DNA of 64,000 nt from a virus, in IMG/VR virus record IMGVR_UViG_3300030430_004661, positions 1 through 64,000 of that record. One strand, 5' to 3'. Each line of letters begins with the position of its first letter. The stretch's first letter is position 1. Below the pieces are notes generated by a model. It made no database searches, was not told the origin of the DNA, and worked only from the letters and a program-made list of their open reading frames with translations. Below, piece by piece: positions 56,601 through 64,000 of this stretch. The position numbers and the translations under genes are program-made.

Positions 56601-58594
56601 TTCTAAACGACACGTCGATTGAGTTTTATAGGTATTATTGTGAAGACGTCCCACTAAATGCCGAGTCCGTGGGTCAAATAAAAACCAGCAGGGTTTTTGA
56701 TACATCAAAGCTGTCTTCGATGACTAAGATATCTTTTATGTTCCCTAGACAATACGCTGCGATTGGAACAGGCATCGGGCCTTTTGCCAGTAGTTCGAAT
56801 GTTGCTACTACTTATAAACAGACCATAGTTTTTGCGTCCGCTTCTTTGTTTGCTGGGACACCAAACAACAATGAAATCTATATAAATTATCAAACTTCTG
56901 GTGATTTGCCTCTATTGCATGCAACGCTTTTAGCAAAAGCCATCAATGGAACAGCTGATGGTGATATCAAATTCGGAACTATGTCAGGTAGTGTTTCAGG
57001 GATTCATTATTTTACTGCTAATGTTGATGAGGTACATACTGAAAATCAAGACGTTAACGACTCACAGGTAAAGTATGTGTCTTTAACAGGTAGCAGTGCT
57101 CTTGGTGGCTATGGTAATCGTAATATTGAAACTTTACCCACTATAACTTGTGATAGGGACAATGTGGTATATAGAACCGTAACCGACACAGATGCTTATG
57201 ATGAAGACAGTGACAGAATGAATGTAAGAACTGGACTTGTTTATAAGAAAAATTTAATTAAAAACTATAGAATGATTAATGAACAAGCGATGCAATTGGC
57301 ATCAAGTGTTAATTTGTTGTCTAGGGGAGTCCTCACAGATGATGACTTACTAACTCAAAACGGTATAGTCACCTCTTCACCCGTAGACGTAGACACAGAT
57401 ACACAAAACTCTTCTAGGTGGATAATACAGTCTAAATTTGAAACACCAATGTTAAATTTCAATCACATGAGGTTTGATCAAGTTCACCAGCAACTTATTT
57501 ATTCAGCATCTGCTACAACTATTGGAATGTGGCACCAGTACGGCTTATTACCACAAAGTTCCTCTGAGGGAGTGTTTATGCAACTAGAAGCAGTACCAGA
57601 AAATTGGATTCAAAATGTTATGGGCGGTGAGCAGAATGCAACAGGTTCTTTACTAGATCTTTGCGGCTTCAATAGAAACCCAATAAGAATGGGAGAAGTT
57701 GCAGACTCTAAAATAGTTAAAGAGGCGATTGTTGCCGTTCCGTTTTTACCAAGAGGCGGACAGAGAAAGTTTTTTAATTTAGATCCAAAAGACGTTAGAA
57801 ATGCTCAAGATCCAGCAAGACAAAACCTTGTCGGCGAATCTGTCTTAAATCAAATTAATTTAATGAAAGATTTCGTATTTCCACCCTCAATGGATTTTAT
57901 CACGAACAACTCTGTCGACCCTTTTGCAATGTATATATTTCCTTTTGAGCACGAATTTACCAAACAAGATCTCTCTTACATTTGGCAAGGACTATCACCA
58001 GATCTGGGTATCAGCCATAAGACATCTGAGTCAACGATATCACATGAGTTATTGTTTCATGAATTGTTGGGTAGAGGCGCCATATTAAAGCCCGGAAACA
58101 ACACTGAAAAAGAGCTTGTAAAAAATGCTAGATTTAAAAAAATAAATAGTAGAATTAGATGGATGGTATTTAAAGTCAAACAAAGGGCAAATACCAATTA
58201 TTTTGATAAAGTGTTTGCATCAAATGAAGCATCAAGACGCAAGGCAAGAAGACAAAAAAGAAAAATGAGGAGATTGAACAGACTACTGGAAACAGATCCC
58301 ATTCAATATAATTGGCCTTATGATTTCTTTTCGCTTGTGGAGCTAGTTAAGATTGATGCCGAGATTGATTTTGCCAATCCGGATGACGACCTAACACAGG
58401 ACAACAGAACAGTGATCAGACCGAGAGAAAAAGTTCCACGACCACCCGGACCAACAAAAGAAGAGAGACTGGCGAGAGCAGTGCTTGGAGAGCCTCAAGA
58501 AGAAGAGCCGGCGATTATTTCAGAAAGCGTTAAAAAATCCAATCCAAAAGGCGGTAAAACAAAGAGAAAGGAAACTCTTAGGAGGAAGAAGTAG
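53699..58594 (+). CDS. 1631-aa structural (baseplate/tail) protein
   Basis: SD GGGAG; in the structural operon; [ST]GS-rich; C-terminal YNWPYDFFSLVEL. Confidence 0.65.
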   Translation: MATTINLDFVGLNTLVNEPITSSTNTIGHALGTTSSAYVNTITIGDNDSISIAHDDYLVALNIHRNGPYGTPIFKQLRAANNPLTRYHNRNNIFSYVTDQGRIRQSFRNNRVTNSFRERRSKLRQIVETPVYENKPITIVGSVTEIDPRTGKEIKQRVEIKASFNNETQYFGNRKTNRELEADFEIDEGYEQLTDLYLDGGLDADDSPIDEVELVKYETTIYPRQEVVGRTNRRPNFIYKPWHSDRQQRQDGPFIDTGFGYFIPSQSLWPLDIGPDESGLPVLMHRPALQDSASIGKDPADHVGFQKVSSEGDTTVFDHYPGILNFSPDFGNDKIYDGIVSPRYAFFQTNNSTSSSFNPYGIPYEGNFPLVTVKSNMISTENYEGAAFLATTSPFLGTTDSVVLGGSQKWEAPKFSGRTPFYDSYEEYCELISKLGNTYTVVPEFIMSDFVEEFSNKGKLSAELLSKALLSITGGIESSDTSAERGFYKIYSTTDFLKNFDIIQEDHDDFINPFKLTLKCKSILKFLPYEGFYPVERTVELSKKFFKHYSKNLIYENSRNTDNPHTSSAGHFQAQMNALFAPGVLFNTIKSGMACDYPINTDFKSAFDFKVENGANPTKYANYVSHSTSFASKNRKARIKLSNSDRLLYTPDFQPFVRSTASGNSQPIKIFADSRLRQLSFAGNSSEDEYLSLNDGTVTINFNERVPFEAIITPGEFLRNKKISCIDSDSAIKRGSSIMTARDNKDYIKFASNFLAEVGDFFLENKNYTTLASLPQEDPNFGNAKAGRRYMMRLKVYRSMSGSKPLQTSSLGEYSVPQDSGDIRETFTMYSNPKNFGELKILDSPLGNDTEPQSESDTLYNNFTDDYESFLSDNERVGVPFDNLYEINQWRSFVKNDLAFSYKPGRYCFNSGSGAENFLFFSGSYCSVGNDITQGENFPYTPPYYHGEAWADFTFLATESKKYTLAEILNDTSIEFYRYYCEDVPLNAESVGQIKTSRVFDTSKLSSMTKISFMFPRQYAAIGTGIGPFASSSNVATTYKQTIVFASASLFAGTPNNNEIYINYQTSGDLPLLHATLLAKAINGTADGDIKFGTMSGSVSGIHYFTANVDEVHTENQDVNDSQVKYVSLTGSSALGGYGNRNIETLPTITCDRDNVVYRTVTDTDAYDEDSDRMNVRTGLVYKKNLIKNYRMINEQAMQLASSVNLLSRGVLTDDDLLTQNGIVTSSPVDVDTDTQNSSRWIIQSKFETPMLNFNHMRFDQVHQQLIYSASATTIGMWHQYGLLPQSSSEGVFMQLEAVPENWIQNVMGGEQNATGSLLDLCGFNRNPIRMGEVADSKIVKEAIVAVPFLPRGGQRKFFNLDPKDVRNAQDPARQNLVGESVLNQINLMKDFVFPPSMDFITNNSVDPFAMYIFPFEHEFTKQDLSYIWQGLSPDLGISHKTSESTISHELLFHELLGRGAILKPGNNTEKELVKNARFKKINSRIRWMVFKVKQRANTNYFDKVFASNEASRRKARRQKRKMRRLNRLLETDPIQYNWPYDFFSLVELVKIDAEIDFANPDDDLTQDNRTVIRPREKVPRPPGPTKEERLARAVLGEPQEEEPAIISESVKKSNPKGGKTKRKETLRRKK

Positions 58595-59556
58595 TGTCAT
58601 TTTTCAACAATAAAGAAGATGTGTTACACATAGAACTCACACCACTCGGAAGACAAAAGCTTTCTGAGGGTAGACTCATGCCGGCATATTATTCTTTTTT
58701 GGATGAGGATGTGCTTTACGATCTTGGTGCCGCTAACTCTAGTGAATTAAATCATCAAGTGAAAGATAGAATTCTAATTGAAACTCCGTACCTAAAGCCA
58801 CAAACAAACTTCACAGACCTTGAGGCCAAGATTGTTGAAAAAACACCAGACCTTACTAGTGACACGATTAAGTATAACTTAAACACTATGGGTACATCAA
58901 AAAACGTTGATGACTTCGCTCCAACATGGGAGATTGTATTTCTCAAAAACGAAATAGTCGATTCGGCTAGAAACCTATCGTCAAGCTATGGGTTTCACCA
59001 AGTCCCGCAAATAGATTTAGAGATAGAGTATACAATATCAGCAGGCAATATCAACATTGATATAACAGACTTAGGAACGTTTGGTAGTCCCAACTTAGCA
59101 CCAGACGAAGTCTTTCCAGATGGCACATATTTAAAGATCGAAGAAGAAGAAATTCTTGCTAGGATCTTAGAAAGAAATGGTTTTCTTCATGGAAAGTCTA
59201 TACAAGTTGAAGCGTTTAAGTTTGACAACCCAACATCAGAAAGGTTGATACCACTTACGTTTTTAAAAAGACAAGAGCTTATACAAGGAGATATTTTGGT
59301 AGATCAAGAAGAGATCGAGCTCAACCCAGAAAGAACACCACAGAATGTGGAGTACTATTTTGATTTTCGAGTAGACAAGGAAATACCAATACTAGAAATA
59401 TGCAAGGGCATTGGTAAACTAAATAGCCAGAACCCGATATCAGATTTTGAAATAGTGTGTCCAGATATTAGAAAACGCAACCCGACAGATATTTATGGTA
59501 GTAACATTACAGATCAAGATATAGAAGACTGTACAACGAAAGAGGAGTGTGACTAA
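58594..59556 (+). CDS. putative baseplate/tail protein
   Basis: GTG start in a TAGTG overlap; ELTPLGRQKLSEG...FLDEDVLYD N-terminus. Confidence 0.6.
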   Translation: MSFFNNKEDVLHIELTPLGRQKLSEGRLMPAYYSFLDEDVLYDLGAANSSELNHQVKDRILIETPYLKPQTNFTDLEAKIVEKTPDLTSDTIKYNLNTMGTSKNVDDFAPTWEIVFLKNEIVDSARNLSSSYGFHQVPQIDLEIEYTISAGNINIDITDLGTFGSPNLAPDEVFPDGTYLKIEEEEILARILERNGFLHGKSIQVEAFKFDNPTSERLIPLTFLKRQELIQGDILVDQEEIELNPERTPQNVEYYFDFRVDKEIPILEICKGIGKLNSQNPISDFEIVCPDIRKRNPTDIYGSNITDQDIEDCTTKEECD

Positions 59557-62500
59557 TGAGCATACCAGAAGTGGGCTTAGAAAATCTTCCGAACTGCTAT
59601 ATCAACGGCGTAGAAATATACAAGGGCGGTAGAAAAAAAAATAAGTATGTTATATCGGTCTCTGTAAAAGATGTGAAGCAATTTGGTTCATGGACTTGGT
59701 ATGATGAAAAACAATTGTATAATAATATGCAAATGATTGTGGTTCTCTCGCACAATGAAAGTTTTAATTCCGACGTAGAATCCGGGTCAGTTGTGCTTAC
59801 TAGAGACCTAATGAACAACTATAAAGAAAATTTAGACTATAAAGTTGTGAACGTGAAGAAAAAGTGGGATTTAGAAAAAATACCCAAAGAAGAAACAGAA
59901 AACGGAGTAATCCACACTTTTCCTTTTACTTTTAAAATGTTTAGTAGAAAAGATGCACAAAATTTAAGAGTATATGCTGCGTTGTTTATAAACAGATCAA
60001 AGTTTTCTGCTAGCAACGCTGTAGACCTATATTCTAAATCCTTAGCATATGGAGGACCAGTAGCCTCTGATCGTATAAAACAAAACGGCAAATTGAGAAG
60101 ACGCGCCAATATACTTACAAAACCAGACGGATCTATTCACATAGGACCATATCACCTCCATAGAAGAAAACGTATGGAGGGGTCTTTTCATACACCAGCG
60201 CCACATAAAAACTTAAATCGTAAGAAAGTACAAAATCCAAAGATAAAAGACTATACGGACAGGAAATTTCCACGCCCTACTATGGACACTATTGACAAAG
60301 GACAGATGTTTTTCAAGACTTATGCCTGCAAAAATGATAGATCACTTTCTATGTTTTTCGGTTTTGACACAAGAGCAATTTTGTTAAATAGAAGTAAGAT
60401 GGCACAAAAAATTGCAAACTTTAATCCAATTTTTGTCAATGATCTTTTGTCTAGAATTAAAATAGAAAAAATGACAGTGATGAAAACAAAAGTTATGAAA
60501 GCTAGGGGTTTTTCTAAACTAGGGGTGCCCAAGTTTAATAGAAGAAGAAGCCTACACAGAAAATTAGTTTCAAGGTCTAGAGATAGGTTCCCTTCGGTTT
60601 TTGAGGCAGATGACAACATAAAAGAAGTTTTCTTGTCCCCAAACCCAGCACATAGACAGTTTAAACTAACAGAGCAGTACCATGCAAACTCACAGTATCC
60701 AAAAGGCGATTATACATACTCATTGCAGCTAACTTTTACTGATCCATCTTATGATTTTGTAAATGCGATGATAGAAGAGATAAAAGAAGCAAATGCAAGA
60801 TTCAAGACTTACTTATTTAGGCTTGATCGGCCATCAAGTGTTTTAAGTGACGACAACACCCTATCAGAAATGTTTAAAAGTCGGGAGATGTCTTTGAAGC
60901 CTAGGGTTGAAGATTTGGATTGGTTTGTTGCACTAAAGATGTACGTAAAATATTATTCAATTATTTTAAATTTGTCTACCCAAGAGGAAAACGATCTTCT
61001 CAGAAAGACGTCATTTATGGTTCACCCTTTATTCGCAACTAGAAGAAGCATACTGTTTTTTAGTAAAAAATTTAGAAAAATGTATTTTTATATAAGAAAG
61101 TTTTTTAACTTCTCTGTGAAGACAAATAGCGATGTAGGTACACAAGGCGTTGGCTCCTCAGCATCGGAAAAAAACAAAATACAAATTAGAAAAACTTTAA
61201 AGCGAAATCTAAACTTTGAAACTGAAGTGGCGTTTATAAGTTATATTCATTCAAAAAACGGTATGATTAGAAAAGCAAAACTAAAGCAAATTGCACAAAG
61301 AAACCGAAGCAAATTTTTTCGGAGAAAACCAAACTTTTCAAATACTCAAATATCTAGAATCAACACTAGTGCTGACAACGGTATTTTGGCAGCATTTAAT
61401 AATATTAGTAATTCAAAAGTTAGCTTTTTATCCCCAGTATCAGTATCAGAAAAAGATAGAAATGATGAAATAAAACTAGGCAGTCTAAATTCTTCATTTA
61501 GACAAAGAAAAGAAATATCAGAAATGATGGAAAGAGTAAGAAACAAAGAAATTAAAAAAGACAGTCCAACAAAACCTAGTAATAAAAGAAAAAAAAACAA
61601 GTTAGTAATAAAGTCGGCAAGAGAACGAGAATTTTACACTGAAAACAAACGAGATGCTTTTAAAGATACAGATAAAAACTTGGGAAAAAACAACCAGTTT
61701 CAAACAGAGGATCCCGATTTTAGAGAATCTCAATCACAGAGAAGATCAAAATCTGTTAAGTCTTCCAAATTTAAAAAAAATAAGAGAAAAAACAACAAAT
61801 ACGTTGCAGCGTCAAATCCTGACACAGCAAAACTATTAACTGCCGCCAACAATAACAAATCTAAAGCACATAATTTACCACTGTCAATGAGGGCGTTATT
61901 TGGATCCGAATCAAGATCGGTAGTTTCAAATGTAAAATCAATTGGCTCCAATCCTGACATATCTGCCGATCATGAAACGTCAGACGTTGTTGATTTAGTT
62001 TTCAATACACCGGCTAGAGTTGAGTATCTTAGTGGATATAGGACAAACTCTAAGGGAATATTGAATGTTAAGGCTCCCATTTTTAAGCTGCTAACAGACT
62101 CAGAGCTGGATAATTTACAGACCCCGTTCATGTGTAGAATGAGCTTTTACGAGTTAAAGGGAATTACTGAAGAAAAAGAAGGTTTTGAAATCGCAAATAA
62201 ATACTTTATTGTTAATAGCAATACAGACGTGAGTGCAAAAAACCAAATTCAAGTAAGCACGGAATTTATCACAGATCAGCAAGTCTTAAAAATGTTTGAA
62301 GGATTACAAGCTACAAAAATAGAATACTTAAGCTCAAACTTTGTACGCCAAGCTCGTGAGCGCCTCGGTCCAATCGACGCTCAGAACATCCCAGTTCAGA
62401 AAAGAAAAGCTATTCCGGCGCCTAGGCCAAAGAGATCCAAGCTTCCAGAAAACGAAAGGCCAGAAAGAAACATCAGTCCAGCACCGAAGCCCCGAAGGAG

Positions 62501-62750
62501 CCCTAGAAGACCACAGGCTGGTGCATCTGGTACAACAGAAACAAGTGAATCTAACACCGCAGTAGAGACACAAAGTGAATCTAGGCAACGCCCGAACCGT
62601 AGACGTCAGCGGTCTAGGCAGCGTGCAAACCGTAGACGTGAGCAATCTACCACAAGGACAAGATCAGAGAGATCATCGCGGTCAAGATCTAACTCAAGAA
62701 GATCATCGCGATCTAGAACGAGAGGAAGATCTGGTGGAGGAGGATACTAA
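59556..62750 (+). CDS. 1064-aa basic protein with a His-rich motif and an Arg/Ser-rich tail
   Basis: HIGPYHLH..MEGSFHTPAPH motif; ends RSSRSRSNSRRSSRSRTRGRSGGGGY. Confidence 0.65.
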   Translation: MSIPEVGLENLPNCYINGVEIYKGGRKKNKYVISVSVKDVKQFGSWTWYDEKQLYNNMQMIVVLSHNESFNSDVESGSVVLTRDLMNNYKENLDYKVVNVKKKWDLEKIPKEETENGVIHTFPFTFKMFSRKDAQNLRVYAALFINRSKFSASNAVDLYSKSLAYGGPVASDRIKQNGKLRRRANILTKPDGSIHIGPYHLHRRKRMEGSFHTPAPHKNLNRKKVQNPKIKDYTDRKFPRPTMDTIDKGQMFFKTYACKNDRSLSMFFGFDTRAILLNRSKMAQKIANFNPIFVNDLLSRIKIEKMTVMKTKVMKARGFSKLGVPKFNRRRSLHRKLVSRSRDRFPSVFEADDNIKEVFLSPNPAHRQFKLTEQYHANSQYPKGDYTYSLQLTFTDPSYDFVNAMIEEIKEANARFKTYLFRLDRPSSVLSDDNTLSEMFKSREMSLKPRVEDLDWFVALKMYVKYYSIILNLSTQEENDLLRKTSFMVHPLFATRRSILFFSKKFRKMYFYIRKFFNFSVKTNSDVGTQGVGSSASEKNKIQIRKTLKRNLNFETEVAFISYIHSKNGMIRKAKLKQIAQRNRSKFFRRKPNFSNTQISRINTSADNGILAAFNNISNSKVSFLSPVSVSEKDRNDEIKLGSLNSSFRQRKEISEMMERVRNKEIKKDSPTKPSNKRKKNKLVIKSAREREFYTENKRDAFKDTDKNLGKNNQFQTEDPDFRESQSQRRSKSVKSSKFKKNKRKNNKYVAASNPDTAKLLTAANNNKSKAHNLPLSMRALFGSESRSVVSNVKSIGSNPDISADHETSDVVDLVFNTPARVEYLSGYRTNSKGILNVKAPIFKLLTDSELDNLQTPFMCRMSFYELKGITEEKEGFEIANKYFIVNSNTDVSAKNQIQVSTEFITDQQVLKMFEGLQATKIEYLSSNFVRQARERLGPIDAQNIPVQKRKAIPAPRPKRSKLPENERPERNISPAPKPRRSPRRPQAGASGTTETSESNTAVETQSESRQRPNRRRQRSRQRANRRREQSTTRTRSERSSRSRSNSRRSSRSRTRGRSGGGGY
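62580..62645 (+). repeat. two 33-nt tandem repeats encoding SRQRxNRRRxx
   Basis: TCTAGGCAACGCCCGAACCGTAGACGTCAGCGG / TCTAGGCAGCGTGCAAACCGTAGACGTGAGCAA. Confidence 0.75.
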
Positions 62751-64000
62751 TGGCACTAGTACAAAAAAAGAAAATAACAGACTCTACTACACGTAGGAGG
62801 TTTTCAAAAAAATATAAATCAAGAATTACTTTTCTTACTTCTGCTGAGAAGAGTATTGGTTTTATACGAGAGAAGGTGGTAAAACAATCGGCTGACTGGA
62901 GGGGTACAACAGTGGGAACTCGACTTGCTGGGTTAGACCACACAGTATCATATAATGAACCAGCGATCATAACGCAAGTAGAAATGAAAGACACTTCAGC
63001 CGGTGTGTCTTACTATTTTGTTGAGCCGACTTTTAACTTTCTCTCGTTAGAGTGGGAAGATTTTTTTGCTGAGAGACGTGAAACCTCTGCGCCATGTATA
63101 TATTCAGAGACCGACTTCACACCAGAGCTCAAGGCATTTCCGAAAAGAAGGATTAACCGACAAACATCTGTGAACTTTAATTTACTCTTGAAAGATAATC
63201 ACACAGCGGCTAATCAAGTTCGCCATGAGAACGTTATGTTTGTGAAAAATTACAATTATAAATCAGATAACTACAAAAAGAAAGATTACCCGTATTACAT
63301 AAACATTGCTTTGGCCAACAGAACCAATACAACATTTAGAGACAAACTCGTGGAATTAAACTTATTTAACTTACTATTGGAGGATTATATACAAAGCGAA
63401 AAACAAACCAGACGCTTTGGAGATCTTGATCTATCCATATTCAACCTTGAAACATGGGTGGGCAACAGCGACTTTTCAATCGGAGCAGATAACTTGGTTG
63501 TTCTGGGCGATGCTAGGATGCAAGATAGTACGTTCACAAGAGGCTTAAAGAAGCTAGAGTTTTTGGGTTTCTTAAGAAAAAAGATGAAGGAAAAACAAAG
63601 AACTTTAAAAGAGATCCTCACAGGTCAACCCTGCTACACAGAAGTTTTATTTTACAGAGTTGATAAATTTGATGAACAAGATGTTTTCATACAAAGTTTT
63701 TGGATTCCCGCCGAAGATACTTTCAATCTCATGGACACACAAGTCAAGTACGGTGTTAAGTATAAGTATCAGTGCTCATCATACAATGTAGTGGTCGGCG
63801 CAAACTACAGATATGAAGTCAAAAGAAACACCGTTGATGCCACAATAGAACACTCGGTTCAGCTTGTAGAGATACCAATGTTTCGCGATGAATGCAGAAT
63901 AGTTCAACCTCCTCAGCCTATGCCAGAGATTATGTTTCACAACAACAAGTATAGCAGAAGCGAAATCAAGATGTCTTTGCAACTAAATCCAAACACTTAC
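62750..64000 (+). CDS. putative structural protein, 3'-truncated (absent from the ORF track)
   Basis: TAATG coupling and SD GGAGGA; MALVQKKKITD...LFYRVDKF...DTQVKYGVKYKY appears open to the window end. Confidence 0.7.
   Translation, partial: MALVQKKKITDSTTRRRFSKKYKSRITFLTSAEKSIGFIREKVVKQSADWRGTTVGTRLAGLDHTVSYNEPAIITQVEMKDTSAGVSYYFVEPTFNFLSLEWEDFFAERRETSAPCIYSETDFTPELKAFPKRRINRQTSVNFNLLLKDNHTAANQVRHENVMFVKNYNYKSDNYKKKDYPYYINIALANRTNTTFRDKLVELNLFNLLLEDYIQSEKQTRRFGDLDLSIFNLETWVGNSDFSIGADNLVVLGDARMQDSTFTRGLKKLEFLGFLRKKMKEKQRTLKEILTGQPCYTEVLFYRVDKFDEQDVFIQSFWIPAEDTFNLMDTQVKYGVKYKYQCSSYNVVVGANYRYEVKRNTVDATIEHSVQLVEIPMFRDECRIVQPPQPMPEIMFHNNKYSRSEIKMSLQLNPNTY

Noticed and set aside
4-63982. Numerous minus-strand and short alternative-frame ORFs in the track
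   Set aside because: They are shadows of long, motif-bearing, coupled + strand genes, and I recognised no domains in them.
1-64000. Stop-codon reassignment as in some jumbo phages
   Set aside because: Genes up to 10 kb are intact in code 11, and TAA, TAG and TGA all end genes at sensible junctions.
1-64000. tRNA, rRNA or structured ncRNA genes
   Set aside because: Intergenic gaps are under about 145 nt and are explained by promoters and hairpins; no cloverleaf was seen by eye (tRNAscan/Infernal not run).

Overview
A 64-kb, AT-rich, gene-dense segment of a large tailed (myovirus-type, jumbo-like) bacteriophage. Every credible gene is on the + strand, uses the standard code and is mostly translationally coupled. 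Left to right: (1) 0.3-1.8 kb, two host-like lipoproteins (redoxin, VWA); (2) 1.9-15 kb, modular proteins in which enzyme domains (protein kinase, HAD+NUDIX, HExxH zincin, J-domain) and very basic Lys/Arg/Cys peptides are separated by recurring [LIV]-x-E motifs, consistent with capsid-packaged polyproteins cut by a T4 gp21-like prohead protease; (3) PIN-PhoH, a second zincin and a PD-(D/E)XK nuclease; (4) 18-29.7 kb, a glycosylation cluster with 3 GT4 domains, NeuB, NeuA, 3 Maf/Cst-like nonulosonate-transferase domains, 2 PhyH-type dioxygenases, a HAD phosphatase and 2 methyltransferases; (5) a gp55-like sigma factor; (6) 31-64 kb, baseplate/tail genes (hub with a YkuD-like domain, HxH spike, gp25, gp6-like wedge, a 3477-aa LamG protein) whose outer members are rich in [ST]-[GAS]-S. 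Two promoter classes are visible: consensus sigma70, and a CTAnTTAT putative late motif. Several promoters of both classes lie inside hairpins that would occlude the downstream ribosome-binding site. CCWGG appears strongly avoided. No tRNA, rRNA, CRISPR array or mobile element was seen. All family assignments come from motif recognition by eye, not from database searches.
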